Part shown: positions 1 through 40,815 of the stretch, in pieces | Layout of the letters: every line of letters begins with the position of its first letter | How positions within the stretch are numbered: position 1 is the first letter of the stretch | Source: Camelus ferus | Lineage: Eukaryota | Length of the DNA: 64,000 nucleotides | Assembly (NCBI RefSeq): GCF_009834535.1 | Contig: NC_045717.1 | Location: 19,654,001-19,718,000 of the forward strand | Direction of reading: 5' to 3' | Translations under genes and position numbers: made by a program | The notes under the pieces: model-generated | Database searches by the model: none | Told to the model about the DNA's origin: nothing | Seen by the model: the letters and a program-made list of their open reading frames with translations, nothing else

Positions 1-391
1 GCCTATGCTAGCGGTACGCACAGAGGATGGGGCCACATGTACAGACCTGTCCAGGGACACAAGGAGAAGGACCCAAGCCTAGCAGGGGCACAGTGTACTC
101 ACCAGAGACAGGGCCTGGAAGACCAGGTGGATTTCGGGGTTCTAGGGCCAAGGCCAGGGGTAGGATTGCGCAGCACCTGGAGGGTCCCCTAGTGTAAGGG
201 AGGGGTTAGAACACAGGGGACACTGCCAAAGGACGAAGATTGGGGCAGCATCTGGACACAAGGCAGGGTACCAGGGCACAGGAAGTAGGGATAGTGGTGT
301 AGAGGATGCGACTTATGTCCATGAAATGAAAATGGACCTGGTGCCAGCAGGTACAGAAGAAAAAGGGTCGGGGTCGCAGAGGCCAGAGCTG

Positions 392-745
<354 letters not shown>

Positions 746-1739
746 GTCCTGCCCTAGCACTTGGACCTTCCTAGGTAATGGAGTTGGGACAAGAGCGGAT
801 CTACATAAGATGGTTTTCCCTTGAATGAATCCTCGTCTGGACTCTTGGCCCCACACATCCACCAGAAGATCAAGGACTGGCCCATAGACTAGGGTGAACC
901 TCCAACGGAAGCTCCCACATGTCCTTGGCCACAGGGAGCCACACAGTCACGTATGGTCTCATAGACCCAGTGAAATAGATCTCCAAATAAACGGACTCTG
1001 ATGGATACTTATATACTTCTGACAAAGAGACAGACCCTCAGAGAGCTGGACCATCAGACCAGCTCACAGGTTGCCTAGACAGCGGGAGGGGTTGTCGGGT
1101 GAGGCTTCCCACGGACCCTGATTCTAGAAATCTTCACACTGTGACTCCTGAAGCTCCACAGTGACTGGCATCTGCTGTGAATGGTTATGGGTCCTGTAAA
1201 AACGCCCTCCCAGATAAAGCTTCAGTATTGGCCTGACTTTGTGGGTTTTGGGTGCTGGAAGATGGGAAGATACTGGGGGGCCATACACACTCACATCCTC
1301 ATCTCCTAAGCCTGCGCAACCCTCCTCGGTCATTGCAGTCCTTGTCGCCCCTCCTTTCCCCACCCCAAGGTCAGATTACATCGTCCTTGTCTCCTGCCTT
1401 GAAACCCAGGGACATTCACAGGGACCGTCTTCCTCCATTTAACAGCCCTCAGCCCAGTCCCAGAGCCCCAGCATCCTTCACCCTTCCATGATCCAAAGTG
1501 ACCCTTTGGCTAGCTCCGGCCGGGGCGAAGGCGAGGCGGGGGGCGGGTGCCGGGGAAAACATGCAGAATGAAAGGGGGAGGATCAAGAGCACAAGCGAAA
1601 GTCATGAGTTGGACCTCAGGCTGTAAGGTAGGAAAGGAAAAAATAATTCGCATCTGATCCAGAAGCAGAGAGAGGAGCGCGGTTCGGTGGAAGAATGTTG
1701 ATTAGCATTAACCCGAATTGAAAGAGACGGAGGCAGGGC

Positions 1740-2098
1740 CTAGCGGAGTGACGTGAGCTGCGATGGGCCGTAAGAGGGCGTGGCCGGGGCCGAGTCAGAG
1801 GGTGGAGTCTATCAGGGACCAATCCTCCAGAAGCAGGAGGCGGCCCCAGGCTGGCCGGGTCGGGGGCGGGGCCTGCAGGGAGCGACTGCCCGAAAGAAAG
1901 CCCAGCCCCCGGAAGGATCCTTGACAGCATTTTCAAATCTCTGCTTCTCACCTCGCGGGCGGAGTCTCCATCCTCGTGAAGTCCGGGCCTGGGTTCCCAG
2001 GCGGGTTTGGGGAAGTGAAAGCCTCCAGGGACCGGGCCTGGCCCAGCTCGTGACCCTGCGCCTCGCGGTCCGGACACTTATTTCTAGACTCCAGCCGA
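1740..2098 (+). promoter_or_regulatory. DNASE2 CpG-rich promoter
   Basis: GC-rich region upstream of the ATG at 2099. It has GTGACGTGAG (CRE/CLEAR-like, about 1748-1757), CCAAT (about 1819) and a GGGGCGGGGC Sp1 box (about 1862-1871). Confidence 0.65.
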
Positions 2099-4203
2099 AT
2101 GGCCGCGCTGAGCCACCTGCTATTGGCCGCGCTGCTCTGGGTTCCTGTAGGGACCCTGACCTGCTACGGGGACTCGGGGAGGCCTGTAGACTGGTGAGTG
2201 CGCGGGCACCGACCATCCACCCAGGACCGGACTGGGGATTGCTACGCTGAAGACTGGGGTTCCTTCTCTTCTTCCTCCATTTCTGTCCATTCCCCAACCT
2301 CCAGGTTCGTTGTCTACAAGCTACCGGCCCACAGCGGGCCGGGAGATGCGGCCCAGAGGGGTCTGCTGTACAAGTACTTGGACCAAGACTCAGGGGGCTG
2401 GCGCGACGGCACAGGGTCCATCAACAGCTCTATGGGGGCCGTAGGCCGCAGCCTACTGCCGCTGTACCAAAACACCACCAGCCAGGTGAAGGGGCCCCCG
2501 GCGGAACCGGGGGTTGGACTCTAGGGTGGGCCCAACCTGGGGAAGCCTTCACGTTGCCCCTGTCCATCTTCCTCAGCTCTCCTTCCTGCTCTACAATGAC
2601 CAACCGCCTAAATCCAGCGGGTCTTGGGACTCTTCCAGCCGTGGGCACACGAAGGGTAAGGGCAGATTGAGGGCTGGGGAAAGGTTCTGGTTTCCCTATG
2701 CATTTCCCCAGGAAACCCCCGACCTGTAGGGGGTGAGGGTGAGCTGCTCTGTTAAACCCTGGGCATCTGTTTCCTTATATCAACGTTGTCCTTCCTCTGG
2801 ACTATGAGAATTGATGGCTGCAGAAACTGAACTCAACAGTGGTCCTGACACTGCCCACATCAGCTCCTGGCCCCCTGCAGAGTTTTCCTGCTTGCACATG
2901 TTCTTCTTGGGATGACTCAAGCAGTCTCTCTTAGCCACAATTTCTGGTTCAGGTGTGCTGCTCCTGGACCAAGAAGGGGGCTTCTGGCTGATCCACAGTG
3001 TTCCGAACTTCCCTCCACCTGCCTCCTCTGCTGTGTACAGCTGGCCTCCTAGTGCCGAAACCTACGGGCAGACCCTGCTCTGCGTATCTTTTCCTCTCAC
3101 CCAATTCCTGGATATCAGTGAGTGGAGACAGGGAGGTAGGGTGAGTGCCTGATTACCAGCCCAGACAGAACCTTGGAACAGTCCCTTATTTTCTTCTCCT
3201 CTTGCCCTCTAGGCAGACAGCTGACCTACACCTATCCCCTGGTGTATGACCACAGGCTGAAAGAGGACTTCGCCCAGAAATTTCCCCACTTGGAAGAGGT
3301 AGTCAAGGGCCATCATGTTCCCCAGGGGCCGTGGAACAACAGTGTAACACTCACATCAAGAGCAGGAGCCACATTCCAGAGCTTTGCCAAATTTGGAAAC
3401 TTTGGAGATGGTGAGGCTGAGGGTTGGAGGGCTTTTGCTCTGCAGAATGGGTGTCTGGTGTGTCCATGGCTAAGGGCAGGTCAGGGATAAGGGACTAGGA
3501 TATTTTGGGGGTCAAAATCACATGAGAGGTAAACAACCCACAGACCTATGTTCAAATATTGGTTTCTGGCCATGCGATGCATGATTTAACCAAGGCCTCA
3601 GCTGACCTATCTGAAAAATGGGAATACTGATACCTACTTTAAAGGGCTGTTAGGGGTGAAGTGATGCATATAAAGTGGTTAGTAAGGGCTATTAGTCTTA
3701 ATGTTATAATTCTCCAGGTTGCCGGGAACTGACAACTGAGCTCGGAGAGGGGAAGTGGTCTAGGGAATCCCTAATAGTGACACTGACCTGCCCATTCCCT
3801 CTTTCCATCCTCCACAGACCTGTACTCTGGCTGGTTGGCAGAAGCCCTTGGCAGCAACCTGCAGGTCCAGTTCTGGCAGAAGTCTCCTGGCATCCTTCCC
3901 TCCAACTGCTCCAGGGTCCAGCACGTGCTGGATGTGACCCAGATAGCCTTCTCTGGGCCAGCTGGGCCAACCTTCAGCACCACAGAAGACCACTCCAAGT
4001 GGTGTGTAGCCCCAGAAGGGCCCTGGACTTGTGTGGGTGACATGAATCGCAACCAAAGAGAGGAGCACCGGGGTGGGGGCACACTATGTGCCCAGCTGCC
4101 TGCCCTCTGGAAGGCCTTCCAGCCTCTGGTGAAGGCCTGGAAGCCTTGTGGGGAGAAAAGCAGGGCCTTCTCTTCAGGAAGCCCAGCAGAGCACATGAGC
4201 TAA
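2099..4203 (+). CDS. DNASE2: Deoxyribonuclease-2-alpha (lysosomal DNase II), 367 aa
   Basis: Exons 2099-2193, 2305-2485, 2577-2655, 2953-3117, 3213-3410 and 3818-4203; all GT-AG, phase-compatible, total 1104 nt. Signal peptide [19 protein letters not shown], then [20 protein letters not shown]. Both PLD-like catalytic His motifs (GHTKG, DHSKW) are intact. Confidence 0.96.
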
Positions 4204-4630
4204 GGCTCAGGGGCCAGTTTGGACTTCAGTATGAATCTGTTTAGTCCCTTTCTAGTTGTTTGGCCTTAATCATGTGCCTTAACCTGTCTGTGACTCAATC
4301 TACCCACCTGCAAAATGGGAATTATTAACACCTGACTGATTAAGGAATACAAGTAAATTGGTGAACGAGGCTGTTAAACTTTTCTTCAGGTGGGTACTGG
4401 GACTCAGAACAACACTGCAGTTTGCTGAGGGTGTGGGGGTAGCTGGAGCACAGGTGAGACAGGTGGGACCAAGGAAGGGTCCACCCAAGACTCATCTCCC
4501 ATTTTTATGATAACCAGGACTGGAGTTCTGTCTCTCAACAAGCGTAGAGGCAAGGGGGTGGAAATATGATGTTGCGCATTACCAGGGGAGGAGAGGCAAG
4601 CTCCAGAATGCTAACACAGCACGGACATAC

Positions 4631-4636
4631 TTTATT
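4631..4636 (-). terminator. MAST1 polyadenylation signal (AATAAA on the minus strand)
   Basis: TTTATT on the plus strand, about 60 nt past the MAST1 stop (4695-4697). Confidence 0.7.
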
Positions 4637-4694
4637 TATATGTGTACATATGTATACAGGCAGCTGTACAGCGGAGAGCCAGTGGCTCCCTCTG

Positions 4695-29575
<24,881 letters not shown>

Positions 29576-30429
29576 GGCGGCGGCGGCAGCGCCTTCGGCC
29601 CGGGGGAGGGAGGTGGGAGGTGGCGGCAGCGGTGGCGGCGGGAGGAGGGAGGAGGGAGGGAGGGAGAAGCTGCGGGGACCGCGGCGGCGGCGGCGGCTGA
29701 GGGGGGGTGGCGGGGGCGGAGCGAAGTGGGGCGGACCCGGCGCCGTCACTGCGTCTGGGCACCCGAGCTTGGCCTCGGCCAAGGCTGCCCGCGATGGGGG
29801 GAGGGGACAGGCGGGGGGAGGAGCCTCCAGGTACCCCCAGGGAAGCCAAACTACAGTGAGACCCCTTTAAGAAGAGACACGCCAGGGGAGAGACATGATC
29901 CTGGGTAGAATCCTAACCCAAGAAACACGCCAGGGGAGATATTCTCTCTAAGATATATTCCCTGTGCAGACACACACCCCCTCCAGTGACCCCCTCAGAG
30001 ACACATTCCCACAGGGAGGTAGTCTCGACGGGGAGGCCCTCTCCAATCAGGAACTCTCCTCTCACCCTGAAAATCATTCCTAAAACAGTCTCTGAGACGT
30101 GATGCTTCCAGTCAAAAGCCTACTCTCCAAAGAAGACATAACTCCGCAGAGAAAGATCCCCATGTGTGACATTCCACGTGGGGAGCCTATTGAGTGTACC
30201 CCCAATGAAAGACCCCATAAAAGCCATATTCTTTATGGGAAATTGTCCCCACCCACAAGACCCCACATCCCAAGAGATACGTTCTTACAGAGTGACATTT
30301 GCACTGAGGAGACTCAACCTCACGGGAGATGCCTCTTCAGAAAAACATTTACATGTATATATCGCTCCCCCTTCCGAAGCAGAGCCTCCCCAGGGAACCC
30401 TGCTAGCTTCCTAGCGGTCCTCTCCCTCA

Positions 30430-30490
30430 TCGTCAGGATTAATAAGCCAGACCAGGCTGGGCTGTATTTATAGGAACGATTAGCTGGTAG
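30430..30490 (+). promoter_or_regulatory. Candidate photoreceptor-type (CRX/OTX2) promoter module for RTBDN
   Basis: GGATTA (30436-30441) is immediately followed by TAAGCC (30443-30448), then TATA-like TATTTATA (30465-30472) and GATTAG (30478-30483). A CAG/GTGAGA donor lies downstream at 31013/31014. Confidence 0.45.
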
Positions 30491-31359
30491 TTGGAGAGGG
30501 GGGCAGCCAAAGCGATTTTCACCACTCCCCCTCCAGTGTTCCTACTCTGAGGCCAAGCCAACTATGCTTCCCAGAGTTGGAGTGGAAAGCTTCGGAGACC
30601 TCCCCACTCCAATCCAGGCATTGGAGGGCATGGTGTGGTGGGCCTTCCCAAGGGCCTCAGCCCATAACTGTCCCAAGGCCATAGAGGGTGAGGTCACTGG
30701 GGGGTAGCGAGCCCTGCCGGCCAACGGGACCGACCGTGAAGTCTAAGCCCGGGTGTTCCCCAGGGGCCTCTCGACTCATCTCTGCGCCTTTGCCTGAGTT
30801 ATCTCTGTCTGTTTCTGTCTTCCTCGGCATGTTCGTGTTGCCCCTTGCCGAGTCTGTTCCTCTTACTTCTCTGTCCCAGGCCAGGGCGCCGCTCTTGCCT
30901 CCCCTTCTCACGCTCACGGCCACCCCTTCTCAAGCCGGCCTCCGTGGGAGCTCTCCGTGGTGCTGATCTCGAGCCCTCCTGACCGTAGTGCTAAAATACG
31001 AGCTCAGGGTCAGGTGAGAGTAGATCAGGGGAAGAAAAGCGTTGTCATGAGGCACAGCCCAGAGGCTGGACAGATCTGACCCATGAGCACCCTGGACTAG
31101 CCCAAGATGAACCGGGGGAAGGCTAGAACCACTTGGTCTTGGTTGTTGAAGCCTCCAGGACGTCAATGGGTGCCTGCAGAGGGGTCAGGAGACAATGCCT
31201 CCTGATTCGTTTACTCAACAAGTATTGAGCACCTACTGTGTGCAAACCAGTGTTCTGGCATCTGGGAGTATACGTTGGTAAAAAAGATAGACAAAAACTC
31301 TGCACTAGTCCCAGAGGAGAGGGAGAGAGATTTGTGGTAGCGGTCACTGCTCACTAAAA

Positions 31360-32500
31360 CACGTATGGACAGTCTACAAGCACAGGCACACATACACACT
31401 CTGCAAACATACACACAAACAGAATCATACCAACACGTGCTCAACAAACAGACTCACATACACCTATTCACACACTCGGCAAACACATACTCCACAAAAC
31501 ACACATTCTACAAATACACACACATACAAATACATACTCAGCAAATGCAAATTCACATACAAACACATGCAAACATTTGCAAATATGCACTTAGCACACG
31601 CAGAGAGCCCTCTGCAAACACATAAAGAATACAAACACAGATTCAGCAAACACACAAACACATATACTAGTAAACTCACATTCTGCAAATACACATGTAA
31701 ACACATACTTAGAAAACACAGATATAAACACACTTAGAAAATACAGGCACACACAAATAATACTACAAACACTCAACAAACACAAGCACACACACACCAT
31801 CCCCAAACCAAGGGAAGCTCAGCTACACACAAACTCTCATCCAAAATACAAACATGGACACACATACACACCGGAGGGCTGTTTTTCTTATTGGACTTTC
31901 CCACTAGACTGTCAATTCTGTGAGGGTTGAGATTTCCATGTCTTAGCCACTATACTGCATCCCCAGAACCTGCACACAATAGGTGCTCAATAATTGTTTC
32001 TCAAATGAATTGAGGGAATGTTTGCATAAGACACACATTCACAGAAGCTGCAAAGGAACAGACACACACATTCATATACGTTTCAGAAGGAGACACACAC
32101 CCTCTCCAAACATGACAACACCTCTCTGTCCACTCATTGTGAACATTGATGGTCAACAACACTTATCCACTGACCTATCCACAATTCTTTTGCAGGACAC
32201 CCATCCTCATCATACATCCTCCTCCCCTGTGTTATCTGACTCTTACTCAAATGGACACACTTGGCTGAGAACACGTGCAGACCTCTTTACCCAGATTTTG
32301 AACACACACACCCCTCAAAAGACCCCCATAAGCATACCCTCACAGAACAAACACACATACACACTCAGTACGTACACAGACACACAAGCACAGCCTCATC
32401 CAATTACACACATCCACTCCCCACACATATACAGATTTCAAGTCATAAATTCAACATAATGGCAAACACAAGGATATATAAACACACCAGCCAGATCCTC
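31360..32500. repeat. Degenerate CA-rich low-complexity tracts
   Basis: Dense acacac/catacac motifs on the plus strand, interrupted by a short L2 piece. Confidence 0.8.
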
Positions 32501-33243
32501 TGGCCTTAGGTCAGCTGGAGCAGAGGGCAGGGCGATGGGAAACCCCTCCCCTGCATCAAACCACGCCCCTTTCAGCTGTCACTATTTCCTGGATTTGACC
32601 CTGAGGTGTTTCAGCAGCGCCCTAGACTCCAGTCCCGCTAACAGGTGAGGGGTGGCCAGAGCGGGCAGAGGTGGGGAGGGAACTGCTTTTGTTTCCACAG
32701 ACCTCCATTTTCCCCTGCCCTGGGGCCTTTGGACCCCAGCGGCAGAACCCGAATCCTGCCACAGCTAAGCTTGGCTCCAAAGGTCCAGCCCTAGGTGGCA
32801 GTCCCTAAGCCGATTGTGGGCCAAGAGAAGGTGACCATGAGAGGGGCCAGCGAGGATCAAGAGGGAGGGAGGAGACTAGACAGAAGAGAGAGAAGAATTA
32901 CTGGACAGGGGGGGATTGGAATATCTGGGAAGGTCCCCTTAGTTCGGAGAATGGAGCAGGGTGGGAGATCCTTCTTTGTGTTTTGGGGGAACCATGGTCA
33001 AATGGGGGTGAGGAAACTTATGCCTGAAGGGATGCAGGGGATATGGTTTGATGGTGGGGGGTGTTTCTGGGTCAGAGACAGGCCTTGGTGGCCCCCTGGG
33101 ATTTGAGAATCCTTGGCTATTGCCTCCTTATCAGCTTCCCATTCTCTGTTCTGCCTGGCACTGTCTCCTGGGTGTGCATCAGAAAGTTGCCACACTGAGC
33201 TACCAGAAAGGGACAGCTGAAGCTCACCCCGTATCCTAGCTGA

Positions 33244-35623
<2,380 letters not shown>

Positions 35624-36479
35624 CGGGCGCGTGGCCTTGGATGGAAGATGCGCCCCTCCTCTTCACCCCACTCCCACCCTCGCCTCGCCCAGCCCATGGC
35701 ACCCAGAGTTCCACTCCTCTCTCCCTGCCTTCTAGTTTCCAGAGTCCTATCCTTCCTCCTTGGGGCCCCAGAGACTCACCCCTCCCCAGGTTACTTGAAA
35801 AATAACCCAATTGTAATTCGTTTTTTTCCCTCTCGCCCTTAATAAAGTCGTCAGAGCACGCAATGTAGCTACTTCTTGGGGAAAATAGGTGGGAAGGATA
35901 GTTGCCAGAAAGTGATAGTTGTCTTACATCTAATCTTCAGCTCCTAAAGTTAGCAACTGATTCACACGAGCATGTGAGTGATGGATAGCCTATATCCTGG
36001 AGTATTTGTCACAACTTGGAATATCCAGGTGACAAAAATGAGAAGCGGTCCAGAAAGGACTAACAAGGGGAGCAGGTGTGCTCTCCCACTGTGTGCCACC
36101 AGTCCCACCAAGAAGCTTCCTAACTTGTACAGACCTCCAGACACCCCTTACAGACTTCCCCTCTGATTAAGCAGCCCCAACGGTGTCTGGCATAATGCCT
36201 TCTTCTTTCATTCCTCCCCTTATCCCAAATTCCATTCCTGGACCTAAAGCAAAGTACTGAACTTTTGGGTTGTAAGCACTATACTTAATCCCCCTCCTTG
36301 TCCAAAGGCCCTAGGAGAGCCTGTTTCCTCACGTAGAAAACAGGGGCAATAACCCTTTTAGTTCTGTTCAATAGAGCAAGATTGATGGATGCCTCCTTTG
36401 TCCAGGCACTGTACTAAAACAGATCCCTGCCCTCAGGGAAGATGAAACAGCCTAAGAAGTATCCCATTGGGAGAGTAGC

Positions 36480-36960
36480 AGACAGGCATTTTCAGGTGCA
36501 AGAGACAAACTCAACTCAAAGTGCCTTTAGCCAAGACAGTAATAAGCTTCAGGAATGGCTGTATCTAGGTTCTTAAATGATATCAGGAATCTACCTGTAT
36601 TTTTTCCTTGGCTCTAGTCTGGGACAGGATCTCCTCACAGTAGCAAAGATAGACCAGCAACTCCATGATTCTAGTGATTAAAATGGGCTTATTTCTCCAT
36701 AAAACCAGCCAAGTTCCTAGGGCTGGCTCTCACCGACCCAGCCTCCTCTAAGCCCAGCACCAGTAACTGAGTCAAGGGGGATGCTGTGCTCTCACTGGCC
36801 CAATCTGGGTTACGCTTGCACCTGAAGGCCCCTGGTGGGGTGAGTTCCAACTGAACCATGTGGACCGATGATGGGGGTGTCCCCCCAAAAGAAAGTCAGG
36901 TGCTGGAACCAGAAGGGGAAGGAGTGCTGACCAGGGAATCTAGAGACACTGACCACAGAA
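36480..36960 (-). mobile_element. Old MLT1K/L-like LTR fragment
   Basis: caagagacaaactcaactcaaagtgcctttagc...gcttcaggaatggctgtatctaggttc...ctggccaatctgggttacg resembles reverse MLT1K/L. Confidence 0.45.
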
Positions 36961-37149
36961 ATCGGTGGTCATGACTGACTCTGTAGTACATCTACCTGGA
37001 TTCACATGCCAGTTCTATTTACTCATTCTGTAACTTTGGGCATGTTGCCCAGCACTTACGAGCATCAGCTTCATCTGTAAAATGGGGATAATCGTTCCTC
37101 TCATGGGGTTGTTGGGAGAATTAAACGAGTTAACGCAAGTTGTTCTGAT

Positions 37150-37625
37150 TATGCATCACTGTGTAACAACTCCCAGCTTAGAGGGGCTTTTTTGTAAAAC
37201 AACAATCATTATCTTTCACGGTTCTGGAGTTTGTCTGGGCTTAGCTGGGTGGTTCTCCCTCAAGGTCTCTCATGCAACTGCAGGTAGTGGCTGGGGCTGG
37301 AGTCACCTTGAAGGCTTCCTCATTCACATATCTGGTGGTTGGTACTGGCTCTTGCCATCAACCTCAGCTGTGGCTGTCAGCCAGAATAGCTACCCGTGGC
37401 CTATCCCAGTGGCTTGGGCTTCCTCATAACGTGGTGTCTGGGTTCCCAAGGCAAGTGTGCCAAGAAAGAGAGCCACGTGGAAGTTGTCTCACCTTTGACC
37501 ACTTAGCCTTAGAAGTCACACAATGTCACCTCTGCTTTCTGTTCACTAATATGCGTCACTAAAGGCAGCTCCTACTCAAAAGGGAGGTGTCCTAGACTCC
37601 ACCTCCTAATGGGAGGGATGTCAAA
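37150..37625 (-). mobile_element. Old MLT1 (F/G/H-type) LTR inserted in a MIR
   Basis: gggcttagctgggtggttc...ggctggggctggagtcacc...gggcttcctcataacgtgg...ttagccttagaagtcacac...tagactccacctc resembles MLT1 in reverse orientation; MIR sequence lies immediately to the left. Confidence 0.6.
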
Positions 37626-38932
37626 TAAAATGCTCAGAAAATGCCTGGCATGTAATTAACACTCAATAAATGTAGGCATCATCCATGATCACTGTTGTTG
37701 TTGATGATGTCACATATGCACTGTTATTGTGACAAGGAGGATAAGCAGGCATTCAAGGAAGAGGAGTGAGATAAGCCTTTAAAGGGTCTCCAGGCAGAGG
37801 ACCAAGCCACAGCAAAGGGCACTTCAAGCAGGCCTGAAAATTTCAGGTTCTGGGAACTCCCAGCTGCTTGGTGAGCCTGGAACAAAGCATGGGAGCTGGA
37901 GTCAAATCACAGAAGGCCTTGAATGCCAGGAGTAGGTGCTGTGAGCTGATGATAAGGGGTGTGAGAGCCCCAGGTTTAAGCAGGGGAAGACCCATCAGAC
38001 TGACACCCTTGCCTGCCACTTGCCGGCAGGGCAGGGCGGGGCTGAGACTGGAGGTGAGGGGCACCAGTGAGGACCTTGGGACAGGAACTGAAAGATGGGC
38101 AGAGGGGGTGAATGAGAGGGAATCAGAGGAATAACCCAGAAGGCTGTCCACTTGAAACTTTCAGGTTGCTATCAACCTCATTTTAAACAAGACCCTGAGG
38201 ATCTTTGGCAGGTTTGGTGTGGGACTCGAGCTCCTCTTTTCTAACTCCCTGGTGAACTTGATGCTGCTGGCCTGGGAATACCACTCAGAATAGCCAGGGA
38301 TCCCTAGACATGTGTTAGAAGTATTCGCCAGTTACACCAGCTGCAAGAAAAGAGGGGAACATTACCAATTCTTTCTTATCTTACCAAGTCAAATTCTATC
38401 AGCAGTCAGAAGGGCCTATAATTTCAAGATGAACTGTAATTCTAATAATTCTGAGAGGGAAAGAGGCAAGGCTGAGGTACTCCACATTTATAGCATAGAA
38501 AAGGGCAGAATCACAAATGGAATCAGGTTCTGTAACGTTTTGCAACTACAATGATAACCACAGGCTGAGGCGTGAATAGATATCTTCAGGTGGAAAAATG
38601 GGGTAGTCAGAGATCCTCTCCAAGGCCCGCCCTCATCACCTCCGCTCCAGGTCCTTCATGCAGCTGGGTCTTCTCATCCCGGGGTCTCTGAACTTGCTCT
38701 TCCCACTGTCTAGAGCCCCCTTCACCCTCCTGTTTTCTGTTCTGCGCCCTCAACCATCAGATCTTGGCCACTCAGGTCCTCAGACCCTACAAGCCCCAGG
38801 CCAGAGCTGGCCGCCGCATGTGCACTCCAAGGGCCCTCTGGTCCTCAATGGGAGGTTTAGGACCCTTTCTGGCTGGTCAGCACTGGCTTCCCCGTGTCCA
38901 GCACAGGACATGTACACAGTGCAGAGGTGCTC

Positions 38933-39500
38933 TGTTATGGGCTGAATCGTACCCCCTACCCCTGCCGCCAAAAAAAAAAAGAAATTTCATGTTGAAGCTC
39001 TAACCCCCAGTACCTCAGAATGTAACTATATTTAAAGATAAACCTTTAGAGTAAGTAAAATGAGGTCCTATGGGCAGGTCCTAATCCAACATGACTGGAG
39101 TCCTCACAGAGATTAGGACACAGACACACAAACAGAAGACCATGTGAAGACAGGAAGATGGCTATTTACAACCCAAGGAGAGAAGCCTCAGAAGAGACCA
39201 ATGGGGTCAGCGGTGGGGGGGGGGGGCGACACACAGATGGGACACACAGCTCAGTGGTAGAGCGCATGCTTAGCACGTCCTGGGTTCAATCCCCAGTACT
39301 CCATTAAAATAAATAAATTAAAAAAAATCTAGTTACCCACCCCCCATAAAAATATAAAGAAAAAAAAAAAAGAAAGCAATCCTGTTCTGACGCCTTCATC
39401 TTGGAATTTTAGCTTCCAGAACTGTGAGGAAATTAAGTTGTATTGTTTCAGTCCCCTAGTCTATGACACTTTCCTATGACAGCTTTGGCAGACTAATACA
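38933..39500 (+). mobile_element. MLT1B-like ERVL-MaLR solo LTR, split by a SINE insertion
   Basis: Begins tgttatgggctgaat...gttgaagctctaacccccagtacctcagaatgt and ends ttccagaactgtgag...gcagactaataca, the typical MLT1 termini. Confidence 0.75.
39238..39372 (+). mobile_element. tRNA-derived SINE (Vic-1-like) nested inside an MLT1 LTR
   Basis: cagctcagtggtagagcgcatgcttagcacgtcctgggttcaatccccagtactcca plus attaaaataaataa...poly(A); interrupts the MLT1 body. Confidence 0.8.
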
Positions 39501-40473
39501 CGCTCCATGAATAATACTCCCACAATGCCCTTGGCTTCTGCCATCAGAGCATTTATTTAAAAAACCAAAAGACATTCCCTCTTCCTTTCCAGTAAAATCC
39601 CTCCGTTCAAGTCAAGGTAGTCGGGGGTGGAGTCAAGGGATGGGGATGGGAGTCTCTCCCTCCCTCCCAGGTACCTATTTTTGGCTCTTTACGCAAGGTA
39701 TTCCATTCCCCTTGCCAGGGATTCCTTCAGATGTAGATGTGTCCTACTTTCAGCCAGGAAGAGACAGAGTGGCTGCCTGGAGATGAGGCCTTTGGAGGTT
39801 GGGATGTGATGTCTGGGGCTGTGGCAGCCATCTTGGGACTATGAGAGGCAAAAAACAAAAACAAAAACAAAAAAACTTTAACTGGCAAAATAGAAGATGG
39901 ATTTAAAAAATGATGTCTTTGATGTTGTTGAGCCACTTGACTTCCATACCTCTCATGGAGTGAGATAAACCTGTCCCGGTGCCGGCAAGACTGTGAAGGA
40001 AACAAGTGCTCACTTACATTGCTGGTGGGAGTGCCACTGAGTATAAGTCTCCACAGAGGGGAATTTGGAAATCTATCCCCAAATAACAAACCACATAGAC
40101 CTTCTAATCCAGCAATCCTACCTCTGGGAATTTATCCTACAGATTAAAGTGTGAAAAATGATGGCAAACCTGTCACTCCCTGCTGTACACGTTTAACAGC
40201 AAGCTGGGGGACAACTCAATATCTATTAAGAGGTATTAAATAAACTATAGGACAGTCATGCCATGGAGGAATCTGTAGCTGTCATGGGAACGAGGAAGGT
40301 TTTTAGACACCTATTTGGAATTATCTCCAAAATACACCCAGTGAAAAGAGTTATGTGCACAATCTAACGGATACTATTTCCATTTGTGTAAAAAAAGAAC
40401 CCTTCAGTTAAGATGTATCCATACATATATTTGTAACATGCCAGAATAACTCCAGAAAGACCTAGAAGGTACC

Positions 40474-40815
40474 TGCTATGGTCTGAGTATTTGTGTCCCC
40501 ATCCAAATTCTTATGTTGAAATCCTACCCCCATAGAAGATGGTGTTTCGAGTGGGGCCTGAAGGAGGTGATTAGGTCATGAGTGTGGGGCTCTCACGAGT
40601 GGGATTAGGGACCCCACAGAGATTCCCCACCCCTTCCACCATGTGAGGACACAGCAAGTCGGCAGTCTGAGACCTGGAGGAGAACCCTCACCAAACCCCA
40701 ATCATGTTCATAACCTGATCTTGGACTTCCAGCCTCCAAACTGAGCAGTAACTAGCTGTTGTTTACAAACTGCCAGGCTGTGGTATTTTGGTACAGCAGC
40801 CCCAAAAGGACAGAC
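40474..40815 (+). mobile_element. MLT1A-like ERVL-MaLR solo LTR
   Basis: tgctatggtctgag...tgtgtcccc...gttgaaatcct...ccttccaccatgtgaggacacagc...ctgatcttggacttccagcctcc. Confidence 0.75.

Noticed and set aside
3973-3993. REST/NRSE-like TTCAGCACCACAGAAGAC in DNASE2 exon 6
   Set aside because: Only the left half-site matches, and it is explained by coding sequence (TFSTTED).
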